A stretch of DNA of 64,000 nt from Alphaproteobacteria bacterium. GTDB lineage: Bacteria > Pseudomonadota > Alphaproteobacteria > SP197. Made by a program: the position numbers and the translations under genes. The notes below the pieces were generated by a model, which was not told the origin of the DNA, searched no databases, and saw nothing but the letters and a program-made list of their open reading frames with translations. The DNA is taken from contig OZ219917.1 of the NCBI GenBank assembly GCA_964291415.2, positions 224,001 through 288,000 of the forward strand. Direction: 5' to 3'. Position 1 is the first letter of the stretch; the number at the start of each line of letters is the position of its first letter. Positions 20,995-30,392 of this stretch are shown piece by piece.

Positions 20995-23034
20995 ATGAAT
21001 CACGAGGGGCGCGTCAGCGCAAGCAGCACATCCCAAGGAGATGTCCGCGTCATTGAGCACCAGACGTTTCGCCTTGGAGACGGCTGTGCGATCGCTGCAA
21101 AGCTCTGGCTGCCGAAAGATGCCTCCGCCGGACCGGTTCCTGCAATCCTTGAGATTCTGCCGTATCGCAAGCGCGATTCGATGTCGTTCGTCGACTCGAT
21201 GGTATACCCGTATTATGCGGCCAGGGGTTATGGGTGCATTCGCGCAGACCTCCGCGGCAGTGGCGAGTCGGAGGGCACATACAGTGACTATCTTCGTCCG
21301 TTCGAGGTCGACGACGCGCTCGAACTGATCTCGCTGATCGCGCGAGAGCCCTGGTGCGACGGATCGGTTGGCGTGACCGGGTTGTCCTGGGGTGGAATGA
21401 ACGCCCTTCGGATCGCGGCGCGTTCGCCGAAGGAAGTCAAGGCGGCGATCTCGATCTGTGCTTCCGACGACCGCTACGGCACCGACATTCACTACATGGG
21501 CGGTTGCCTGCTCCACGAGAGCCTGGCTTGGAGCACGCTACTGCAGGCGGAGTTCTGCCGTCCGCCGGATCCGGTGCTTGTTGGGGATGCTTGGCGCGAA
21601 ATGTGGCTTGAACGACTAAATCACGAGCGCCCCCCCATGGCGACATGGCTCGAGCACCAGCATCGGGACACCTACTGGACGGAAGAGATCGCAAGCGAGA
21701 ACTACAGTGGTGTCGCCTGTCCGATGCTCGTTGTCGGGGGATGGTTCGACGGCTACGTCAATACCGCGCTTCGGCTCATGGAACGACTCGACTGTACCCG
21801 TAAGGCGATTATCGGTCCGTGGCAGCACTTCGTTCCTCATTTCGATTGGGCGCGACCGGGACCGGCTATCGGCTTTCTCGAGGAATCAACCAGATGGTGG
21901 GACCGCTGGCTCAAGGGGGTCGACACCGGCGTCGAGGACGATCCGATGGTGCGAGCCTGGATCTACGACACTTTGCCCACGAAACCCTTCTACAAGGAAG
22001 CGCCGGGCCGCTGGGTCGCCGAACAGGCCTGGCCCACCGATCGTATTGCGCCGTGGATCCTCAATCTGTCCCGAGATCGCACGCTGACCGAGTGCCAGGG
22101 AGCGCCGGCCACGCACACCGTGTCGTCGCCTCAGGACACCGGCCTGCTCGGAGGGCTTTGGCTGCCCGAGCACGATGGTCCTGATCTGGGACTCGAACAA
22201 AGCGCCGACGATGGCAGGTCGCTCGCTTTCGAGTCGGCGCCACTGACCGAGGCCGTCGAGATACTCGGCACGCCCAGGGTGCGGCTCCGACTGAGTGCCG
22301 ACGTACCGCAAGCCATGATCGTAGCGCGCATCTGCGACGTGTCTCCGGACCAGGCATCGCGACGCGTGAGCTACGGTATGCTCAATCTCAGCCACAGGGG
22401 CGGCAGCGACGCGCCGGAACCGCTGGTGCCGGACAAGGACTATGTGGTCGAGCTGAGAATGAAGGATGTCGGCTACCGCTTCGCCGCGGGCCACGTCATT
22501 CGCCTGGCAATTTCGACGTCCTACTGGCCGATGGCGTGGCCAACGCCGACGTGCTTCACGCTCTCAATCAAGAACGCAGACAGCTCGGTGTCGCTGCCCG
22601 TTCGTCCGGCGGCGGGAGGCGCGCCCGGTCCGGTGTTCGGCCCGCCGGAGACGCTCACGCCGGTGCCGGTCACGACCCTCCGGGACCATGACTATACGGT
22701 CAAGGTGGTACGGGATCTCGGGAACTGCTCGACCGACGTGTACATGACCAAGGACCCGGGCGCGTATCGGCGCGACGATTTGAACCTCGTTTACGATCTG
22801 GCGGGCGAGGAGATCTATTCGATCTGTGACGACGATCCACTCTCTGCCACCGCTACGAACGCCTGGATCGGAACGATGGCGCGCGGCGACTGGCGAATCC
22901 GCGTCGAGAATTCCGCGCGCCTCACGGCTGACGATCAGCAGTTTCATCTCTCGGCGGAACTGCACGCCTATGAGGGCGATCAGGAGGTCGTCTCGAAGTC
23001 CTGGTCGGTCACGATCCCGCGAGATCATCTCTAA
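20995..23034 (+). CDS. CocE/NonD family hydrolase (S15)
   Basis: LPYRKRD, DLRGSGESEG, GLSWGG nucleophile, GGWFDGY, IGPWQH. Confidence 0.93.
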   Translation: MNHEGRVSASSTSQGDVRVIEHQTFRLGDGCAIAAKLWLPKDASAGPVPAILEILPYRKRDSMSFVDSMVYPYYAARGYGCIRADLRGSGESEGTYSDYLRPFEVDDALELISLIAREPWCDGSVGVTGLSWGGMNALRIAARSPKEVKAAISICASDDRYGTDIHYMGGCLLHESLAWSTLLQAEFCRPPDPVLVGDAWREMWLERLNHERPPMATWLEHQHRDTYWTEEIASENYSGVACPMLVVGGWFDGYVNTALRLMERLDCTRKAIIGPWQHFVPHFDWARPGPAIGFLEESTRWWDRWLKGVDTGVEDDPMVRAWIYDTLPTKPFYKEAPGRWVAEQAWPTDRIAPWILNLSRDRTLTECQGAPATHTVSSPQDTGLLGGLWLPEHDGPDLGLEQSADDGRSLAFESAPLTEAVEILGTPRVRLRLSADVPQAMIVARICDVSPDQASRRVSYGMLNLSHRGGSDAPEPLVPDKDYVVELRMKDVGYRFAAGHVIRLAISTSYWPMAWPTPTCFTLSIKNADSSVSLPVRPAAGGAPGPVFGPPETLTPVPVTTLRDHDYTVKVVRDLGNCSTDVYMTKDPGAYRRDDLNLVYDLAGEEIYSICDDDPLSATATNAWIGTMARGDWRIRVENSARLTADDQQFHLSAELHAYEGDQEVVSKSWSVTIPRDHL

Positions 23035-23145
23035 CGCGCTGCTCTCCAGCATCACCTGTTGCGATCTCCGGGCCATAGCCAGGCAGAGATGGCTGGGCAG
23101 CGATGTGGATCTTTTTCTTAAGTCAATGAGCAGCCGGGCAGTTGA

Positions 23146-23468
23146 ATGCAGTTCGACATCAACGAGGCTTACCATCAGACAGGGCTTCCGTTTCGCGCCC
23201 GTGTCCTGGAGCGCGTACGCATTCCGATGGCTGATGGGGTGGCGCTGTCAGCCCGCATCTGGCTACCCAAAGGTGCTGATGACGCAGCCATCTCCCCAGT
23301 CGTCGAGTATCGCCCGTATCGAGGACGGGAAGGCACCGCATTTGCAGATTCTCTGACGCATGGCCATCTCGCGGACCACGGTCATGCCTGTGTCAGCGTG
23401 GACATGCGCGGCGCAGGGGATTCCGACGGGGGTCCAGCGCGACTACATCGCAACCGGTGAGGTCGACG
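23146..23468 (+). pseudogene. N-terminal fragment of a second CocE/NonD hydrolase
   Basis: RIPMADGVALSARIWLP..YRPYR..DMRGAGDSDG, frameshift in a G5 run, then joined to the crotonase duplicate. Confidence 0.85.
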
Positions 23469-24031
23469 GCGAGGGATCGCCCGGCGGGTTTGCCGGCCTG
23501 ACGGAGTTCTGGGATCTCCACAAGCCGGTCATCGGCGCCGTCAACGGCGTGGCCATTGGCGGCGGTTTCGAACTGGCGCTCTCCACCGACATCCTGCTCG
23601 CCGCCGATCATGCCGTGTTCTGGCTGCCCGAGATGCAGCGCGGTTTCCTGGCGAGTGCCGGCGCCATCCAGCGCCTGCCCCGGCGCATCCCCTACAACGT
23701 CGCCATGGACCTCTTCCTGACCGGACGCCACATGGATGCCGCGGAAGCGAAACACTGGGGCCTGGTGAGCGAAGTCCTGCCGGCAGAGAACCTGATGACG
23801 CGGGCCCGCGAACTGGCTGATCAACTGGGCGAGTCGGCGCCCCTGGGGCTTCAGGGTCTCAAGGCGATCATGCCGGTCTTCATGCCGCTGACCCTCGAGG
23901 ATGCCATGGAGAGGACGAAGACCGGCAACTCCGGCGTCGAGGTCTACGAGAGGATGATGCTCTCTGAGGATGCCATCGAGGCCCCCCGCGCCTTCGCCGA
24001 AAAACGCAAGCCCGAATGGAAGGGACGCTGA
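23459..24031 (+). pseudogene. 5'-truncated duplicate of the CaiD-like crotonase
   Basis: Matches 13959-14531 and lacks the first ~76 codons. Confidence 0.9.
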
Positions 24032-24082
24032 TCCGGCCTTATTGCCCGGTGCGGGACTGGAGTATGGTCGCCCACCCCAAAA

Positions 24083-24171
<89 letters not shown>

Positions 24172-24312
24172 CAGCATTAGCGCACTCTCAGTGCTGAAGG
24201 AAGACCGAACTATAGGAAATACCCTCATTTTCTTCTCTTTCGATTCAACGCCTGGGCGCGGAAACATGACGTTCCCGTACCCCCCGATGCAACAGGGAAG
24301 GGAGGGAAAACC

Positions 24313-24678
24313 ATGGCGACAAACCGTCTCACGCAACATCGCGTCGACACCCTCAAACCGGGTAGCAAGATCCGTGACATCCGCGACAGGGACCTCAGGG
24401 GTTTCGGTGTCAGGATCCTGCCTTCGCGGTATCTCCTCCACAGCCAGGCCAACGGTCGACGCGTCTGGTACGCTATCGGCGACGCCGAGGATATCAGCCT
24501 AGAACACGCTCGTTCGAAGGCCAGCATCTTGCTGGCGTCGTGGCTCTACGGTGATCAAGTCGGATTCGTCGATCCAATCCTCTTCGAGACCGTTGCCGAG
24601 GAGGTCTTCCGCCGCTATGGACGCCATTGGAAATCGCGCATACTCAATTTCTTAAGTCGTCCCACTAGGCTCGCATAG
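24313..24678 (+). pseudogene. truncated tyrosine integrase (Arm DNA-binding/DUF4102 domain only)
   Basis: RLTQHRVDTLKP..IRDRDLRGFGVRILPS..GRRVW..IG..ISLEHARSKA. No catalytic domain. Lies next to a tRNA 3' end. Confidence 0.82.
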
Positions 24679-24728
24679 CGATCGAAACTCCTCTATGGTT
24701 TGGCGCCATTCGGGCGGGGAGAGAGTCG

Positions 24729-26396
24729 ATGGGCCGACCGGCAGCCGAGTATCTCGCCGAGGCGCTACACGTTTACGGGGTGACCCACGTTTTCTTCGTG
24801 GAGGCGATCCTTCGGCGCACCCTGATGCATCTGGAGAAGCACGGCGTGCACCGCATTCTGGCGCATAGCGAGAAGGCGGCGGCGTACATGGCGGACGGCT
24901 ACGCTCGCGCGTCCGGCAAGGCCGGAGTCTGCATGGCGCAGTCGGTGGGGGCGGCGAACCTCGCGGCGGGCTTGCAGGACGCCTATCTCAACCGTACACC
25001 GGTGGTCGCTTTCACCGGCCACAAGGCGATTCCGCAGCTCCACCAAAACGCCTATCAGGAAATCGAGCACGCGGGGTTGTTTCAGTCGGTGACTCAATTC
25101 TCGGCCAAGGTAGAGGCGGCGGACCAGCTGCCGTTGCTGCTGAGGCAGGCGTTTCGCGAGGCGACCGGGCCGACGCCGCGACCGGCGCACCTCGATCTCG
25201 CTGGTATGGCGGCGCAAATCGTCGAGGACGGCGAACTCGACTGCCCGGTGCAAGTGGATTCCCGGCACGCAAGGGCGCCGGCCTATCGGGCCGCGCCCGA
25301 CCCCGCCGATGTCGGGGCGGCAGCCGAGGCGATTAATGCTGCCGCCCGACCGGTCGCCATACTCGGGGGAGGCGCGACGCTCGCCGGTGCCGGCGCGGAG
25401 GCCCGTGCGCTCGCCGCGCGCGGCATTCCTGTTGCCTACGCGTTGGACGGCAAGGGCCTGGTCGCCGATGACGGCGATGGCACCATTGGTGTAGTTGGCA
25501 ACTACTCGGCGCCTTACGCGAACCGCATAATCCACGAGGCGGACCTGGTCATCTACGTCGGTTGCGATACCAGCGACATGAGCACCGGCTCCTGGCGCGT
25601 GCCCGAGCCGGGCACGCCCATTGTGCACATCGATGCAGACTCCGCCGAGCTGGGCCGGAGCTACCCCGGCACCCTCGGTATCTATGGCGACGCCCGCCTC
25701 GCGCTCGGTGCGTTGGTAGAGCGTCTACAGGGGCGCACCGACCGAAGCTGGACAGCTCATGGGAGTGAGTTGCGCCGGGCATGGCGCGCGGAGGTTGAGC
25801 CGCGTTCGAACGCACTCACCAAACCGATTGCGGTCGAGCGACTGTGTCGCGAGTTGACCCGAATCCTGCCCGAGAATGCGATGCTGGTGGCAGACACCGG
25901 TTACAGCGCGGTCTGGACCGGCACCCTGATCGATTTGAATCACGAGTCGCAGGGCTTCATGCGGGCCGCGGGCTCGCTCGGCTGGTCGTTTCCGGCGGCC
26001 ATTGGCGCGCAGTGCGCATTACCGGATCGGCCGGTGGTGTGCTTCTGCGGAGACGGCGGTTTCTACTACCATCTTTCCGAGCTCGAGACGGCGCGGCGCT
26101 GGCGGATCCCGGTCACTGTGATCATCAACAACAACTCGGCCTTCGGCCAGGACATCGAAGGTGTGCGCAAAGTCTACGGCGGCGACAACGGTCGCGCCCG
26201 GGACCTGACTCACTTCGAACCCGTCAGCTTTGCGGCCGTGGCAGAATCGTTCGGTTGCCGCGGCATCCGCGTCGAGGACCCGGCCGACATCGCCGATGCC
26301 ATCAGGAACGCCATCGCATCGAGCGAACCCACTGTCGTCGATGTCGTGACCGATGCGGAGCTGCGGGCGCCGGCTGCCTGGGTTCCCGATGCTTGA
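24729..26396 (+). CDS. thiamine pyrophosphate-dependent enzyme (acetolactate synthase-like)
   Basis: HSEKAAAYMADGYAR and GDGGF..NNNSAFG TPP motif. Confidence 0.92.
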   Translation: MGRPAAEYLAEALHVYGVTHVFFVEAILRRTLMHLEKHGVHRILAHSEKAAAYMADGYARASGKAGVCMAQSVGAANLAAGLQDAYLNRTPVVAFTGHKAIPQLHQNAYQEIEHAGLFQSVTQFSAKVEAADQLPLLLRQAFREATGPTPRPAHLDLAGMAAQIVEDGELDCPVQVDSRHARAPAYRAAPDPADVGAAAEAINAAARPVAILGGGATLAGAGAEARALAARGIPVAYALDGKGLVADDGDGTIGVVGNYSAPYANRIIHEADLVIYVGCDTSDMSTGSWRVPEPGTPIVHIDADSAELGRSYPGTLGIYGDARLALGALVERLQGRTDRSWTAHGSELRRAWRAEVEPRSNALTKPIAVERLCRELTRILPENAMLVADTGYSAVWTGTLIDLNHESQGFMRAAGSLGWSFPAAIGAQCALPDRPVVCFCGDGGFYYHLSELETARRWRIPVTVIINNNSAFGQDIEGVRKVYGGDNGRARDLTHFEPVSFAAVAESFGCRGIRVEDPADIADAIRNAIASSEPTVVDVVTDAELRAPAAWVPDA

Positions 26397-26631
26397 CAGG
26401 AGAGATGTTGTGGACGCGCGACGCTCAGGTACTCCCCGCCCGAGAGCGACGCCGGTTGCAGGCAATCGAGGAAGAGTTCGACCGCGCCTACGCGACGCGA
26501 ACCGCGACCGCGGCAGGCACAACCCTGACCGCATCCCCAACCCGTTCATCCAGCAAGGACCCGATTTGACCCGGTTGTTCCCGCTTTGGTAAGCTTTCTT
26601 AGAAACTGGGACGAAAAATTGGAATCCGGGC

Positions 26632-27468
26632 ATGGTGCCGGGGCCAGATGATCTGATTGATCTTGACCGCTACCCTGTCGACAACCTGGGGAAACCCGAG
26701 ACGGCGGCGCTTATGGCGGGCCTGCGTCGCGATCTCGACGATACGGCGCTTGCCCGGTTGCCGGGATTTCTCAAACCAGGGGCCGTTGCGGCTATGGCGG
26801 CGGAAGTTCAGGAATTGGTGCCCACCGCCCACCACCGTTCCCAACTCAGGACGCCCTACGGCTGGATGGACAACTCGGGCTTCTCCGAGGACCACCCCCG
26901 TCGTGCTCTCTTTACAAGACGGGCTGGTATCATCACCCGGGACATGTTCCCCGAGACCAGTCTCGTGCGCTCACTATACTTGTGGGAGCCGTTGACCGAG
27001 TTCGTCCGCCGCGTCCTCGATTTCGACGCGCTTTTCCGAAGCGACGATCCCTGGCTCTCGGTCGTGGTCGATGTCGAAGACGAGGGTGGCCAGTTCGGCT
27101 GGCACTTCGACACCACCGACGGTGTCGTCTCGCTGCTGCTGCAGGAGCCGGATGAGGGAGGAGGATTTGAACTCGTTCCCTACATCCGCAACGAAGATGA
27201 CGAGAACTACGAGGAGGTTGCCAGGGTCTTTGCCGGAAAATCGACCATGGTCCAGAAACCGGCGATCACTGCCGGCACATTTTTGCTGTTCCGTGGCCGG
27301 CGCTCGCTTCATCGCGTCGCTCCGGTCGGTCGGACAACGAAACCACGGTTGATCGCCCTTTTCTCCTATGACCACCGACCAGGCATGGTCTTCCCCGAGG
27401 CGACGGTGAGTTCGGCTCTTGGTACGACGTCCGAGCCTCACACGGGGAGCCCGAGCTTGGCCCGATGA
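26632..27468 (+). CDS. Fe(II)/2OG oxygenase, BesD/HalD-like fold with HxD motif
   Basis: GWHFD, LLLQEPDEGGGFE, FRGRRSLHRVAPV, RLIALFSY. Confidence 0.75.
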   Translation: MVPGPDDLIDLDRYPVDNLGKPETAALMAGLRRDLDDTALARLPGFLKPGAVAAMAAEVQELVPTAHHRSQLRTPYGWMDNSGFSEDHPRRALFTRRAGIITRDMFPETSLVRSLYLWEPLTEFVRRVLDFDALFRSDDPWLSVVVDVEDEGGQFGWHFDTTDGVVSLLLQEPDEGGGFELVPYIRNEDDENYEEVARVFAGKSTMVQKPAITAGTFLLFRGRRSLHRVAPVGRTTKPRLIALFSYDHRPGMVFPEATVSSALGTTSEPHTGSPSLAR

Positions 27469-27539
27469 TGGGTCATTGACGCTTCAGACAACACGGATCC
27501 GACGCACCAACATAATCAGAACCACGGGAGGAAGAATCC

Positions 27540-29111
27540 ATGTCAAGCAACGGACAGTCACGTCGCAGCTTCATGGAAACAATGGCGTTCGCCGGCGCCG
27601 CAGCGGTCACTGCTGCAGGGACGCCGCGAGTGGCCGACGCTCAGGAGAAGGTGTGCCGCATCCGCGCCAAGTCCGACATCCTCTCGCTCGACCCGGCGGT
27701 CAGCCATATCAATGACTTTAACGTCCGACTTGCGATCTTGAACAGCCTGATCGTGTACAAGCCCGGCAACGAATGGACCTGGATGCACGACGCTGCCGAG
27801 TACATCGAGCAGGTCGACCCGACCCACCTCGCGTTCCGCCTGAAGCCCGGCATCATGTGGACCAACGGCTACGGAGAGATGACGGCCGAGGACGTCCAAT
27901 ACTCGTACATGCGGATCGCCAACCCCGAGCTCAACGCCACCAACCGTCAGGAGTTCGAGAACTTCGAATCGATCGAGGTCAAGGACAAGTACTCGGGCGT
28001 CATCGTCACCAAGGTACCGGACCCCGACCTTTGGATGAACGCGCTGGCGAGATTCTCGGGCTCTATCGTCTGCAAGAAAGCCTGGGAGGAGCGCGGCGCC
28101 TGGACTAAGTCGCTCGGCAACGACATCCCCTGCTCGAGCGGCCCTTACAAGCTGAAGGAATGGCGCCTGCGGGACCGCGTTATCCTGGAGCGCAACGCGC
28201 TGTGGCCGGGCGAAAAACCCTATTTCGACCGCATCGAATACATCGTGATCGAGGACGCCAACGCCAGCGAGATCGCGTTCCTGGCGGGCGAACTCGACAT
28301 CACCGAGGCCTCGGTCGGCTCGGCTGTGCAGTTCATGCAAGAGCCGCCACCGAACACGGACGTCTATATCCGGCCGACCACCGGTTTCGTCTGGGCCGGC
28401 ATCAACATTCAGCACGAGCCGTTCGACGACGTCCGCGTGCGCCAAGCGATCCGCAAGGCGATCGACGTCAACCAAGTGATCGAGGCCTCCTATTTCGGCC
28501 TCACCGAGCCCTCGGTCGGCATCATCGCACCCGGTGTGCTGGGATATCGTAAGCGCAACCTGCAGCCACGCGACGTTGCTGGGGCCAAACAGCTGCTCGA
28601 GGAGGCCGGTCTCGGCAACGGCTTCCGGACCACGCTGACGACGCTCTCCAACACGACTGACCTGGCGACGAGCCAAGTCATCCAGGCCAACCTTGCCGAG
28701 GTCGGGATCGACGTAGAGATCATGCCCTACGAGGGCGGCGTCTACTGGAACCTGGGTCTCGAATCCGAGGGCGACGACTGGAAGGATCTTCAGCTCATCC
28801 TGCAGAGCTGGACGTCATCGCCGGACCCGCGGCGGGCCACTATGTGGTTTGTCTGCGACCAGGTCGGCGAGTGGAACTGGCAGCGCTGGTGCAACGAGGA
28901 GTACAGCGATCTTGAGTATCGGGCGAGCCTCGAGACCGATGTCGAAAAGCGCGGCGAGATGTACGCGCGGATGATGGACCTCATGTGGGACAGCGCGGCC
29001 TTCATAAACCTTACACATACCACAAGGGTCACTTTGGTGAGGGACACGATAGAGCCGAACATGATGCCGGACGGGCTAATCCACTTCCGCGCCCTGAAGG
29101 GCAAGGGTTAG
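27540..29111 (+). CDS. ABC transporter substrate-binding protein, family 5 (DppA/OppA-like), Tat signal
   Basis: SRRSFM, SLDP, SGPYKLKEW, PFDDVRVRQAIRKAID, IQANLAEVGI. Confidence 0.92.
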   Translation: MSSNGQSRRSFMETMAFAGAAAVTAAGTPRVADAQEKVCRIRAKSDILSLDPAVSHINDFNVRLAILNSLIVYKPGNEWTWMHDAAEYIEQVDPTHLAFRLKPGIMWTNGYGEMTAEDVQYSYMRIANPELNATNRQEFENFESIEVKDKYSGVIVTKVPDPDLWMNALARFSGSIVCKKAWEERGAWTKSLGNDIPCSSGPYKLKEWRLRDRVILERNALWPGEKPYFDRIEYIVIEDANASEIAFLAGELDITEASVGSAVQFMQEPPPNTDVYIRPTTGFVWAGINIQHEPFDDVRVRQAIRKAIDVNQVIEASYFGLTEPSVGIIAPGVLGYRKRNLQPRDVAGAKQLLEEAGLGNGFRTTLTTLSNTTDLATSQVIQANLAEVGIDVEIMPYEGGVYWNLGLESEGDDWKDLQLILQSWTSSPDPRRATMWFVCDQVGEWNWQRWCNEEYSDLEYRASLETDVEKRGEMYARMMDLMWDSAAFINLTHTTRVTLVRDTIEPNMMPDGLIHFRALKGKG

Positions 29112-29374
29112 TTCCTTTGCAGAGTGTGAACGGGCTGTGCCTCCCATTTGTCTCATCCGGGGTGGATCAAGAACGCCGACCGGTCCGGGCCGGTACTGGT
29201 GTTGGCACTATCTTCGCTGTGAGGCGAGCATAGTCAAATCTGGAAACGGCGCCCACAGCGGTCGGCAATCGGTCTTTGAGACCTTGCCATAGTAGGACGG
29301 ACTGATGAGGTTACGGCGACCCCGACGGCGTCAAATTCATCGCCGCAAGCCGATTGAATGATGGCCGGTGCCGG

Positions 29375-29599
29375 TCAGGCCGCCAACCGCTGGCACCGAT
29401 GATGCAGCCCGCCGACCTGTGGAAACGCGACGATCTTCTCGGCGCCAGCCGGCTGAACCGATCGTCGTTCAGGGGTATCCGTGCCCGTGCCTAGCGTCAG
29501 GCGTGTGCGGGATCGCTGGTAGTAGTCGATGTACGATAAGAGTATCGCCCTCGGATGCCGTTCGTTTGGAACGATCACGTGATCCAGAGGCATCGACAC
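29375..29599 (-). pseudogene. integrase-core (rve) transposase C-terminal relic
   Basis: LDHVIV.NERH..YIDYY..R..L..P.VGGLHHR.QRLAA. Confidence 0.75.
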
Positions 29600-29608
29600 G
29601 TTGACTAC

Positions 29609-29790
29609 GAGCTGTTGTCATAAGTTGGTGACGCAGGTTTCAGGCGGCGCGTTCGGTTAGCTTTTCTCCGTCCTTGAATTTGACGCCTTGAATGATGTCG
29701 GCGATCTGGTGCGAGCCGTCCAGGCGGCGCCACTTCTTGCTGGCCGACTGGCACAGCTTGAAGACCATGGTGAGCGCCGTCATGCGCAAG
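29609..29790 (-). mobile_element. IS256-family 3' end relic with terminal repeat
   Basis: ALTMVFKLCQSASKKWRRLDG..IIQGVKFKDG followed by end sequence GAGCTGTTGTCATAAGTTGGTGACG (29609-29633). Confidence 0.75.
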
Positions 29791-29794
29791 CTGG

Positions 29795-29891
29795 CTGCCC
29801 GACTCCGCTCCGTTCCGCAGACCACCCAATCTGGCCAGGGAACCCGCAATGCACTAACGTTCAAAGTGGACCAGTCAGTGGGGGCTGGTCA
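29795..29891 (+). mobile_element. probable IS3-family right-end relic
   Basis: CTAACGTTCAAAGTGGACCAGTCAGTGGGGGCTGGTCA resembles alphaproteobacterial IS3-family ends terminating in CA (recognised from memory). Confidence 0.5.
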
Positions 29892-29962
29892 GCCCCGCCC
29901 CGTCCTCTGTGACACCCCACGCTCGATTTCCTTCCGACGGACCAGGCAAGGAGGAGGCTTCC

Positions 29963-30298
29963 ATGAGCGCCGGCCGACGCATCCAGAACATCTACGAGAC
30001 GCCCTTCGAACCCTACGACATGGACGGACCACTGGAAAAGGACAAGACCTGGCTGCCGGTGAGCTGGACCAAGGAGTCGGGGCGCGGCTGCTACCTGATT
30101 CGCATGGATCCCGGATCCGAGACCATTCCCCATGAACACCGCTGCCGGGAGGAGTTCCTCATCCTGGAGGGCGAGCTCATCGAGAGCGACGGCACCGTGC
30201 TGAAGACCGGCGACATGGTGAGCTATGACAAGGGGACCTATCACAATTCGCGCACCAAGACCGGCTGTCTGCTGATCGGTTTCGACTGGCTGCCCTGA
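29963..30298 (+). CDS. cupin domain protein (ChrR-like)
   Basis: YLIRMDPGSETIPHEH..EEFLILEG..YHNSRT. SD GGAGG. Confidence 0.85.
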   Translation: MSAGRRIQNIYETPFEPYDMDGPLEKDKTWLPVSWTKESGRGCYLIRMDPGSETIPHEHRCREEFLILEGELIESDGTVLKTGDMVSYDKGTYHNSRTKTGCLLIGFDWLP

Positions 30299-30392
30299 TC
30301 ACGGGCGAGAGAGGCAGGGTTCATGTCCGGAAGAGAACCATGATCAGGGCCTCATCACCGCTGAAAACCTGAACCTCGATGCGGCCGGCGCC

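Noticed and set aside
23360-24031. 223-aa ORF as an intact crotonase
   Set aside because: Its N-terminus is out-of-frame CocE sequence and it lacks the FSAGWDLK oxyanion segment.
26632-27468. Radical halogenase
   Set aside because: HxD triad is intact; halogenases replace Asp with Gly/Ala.
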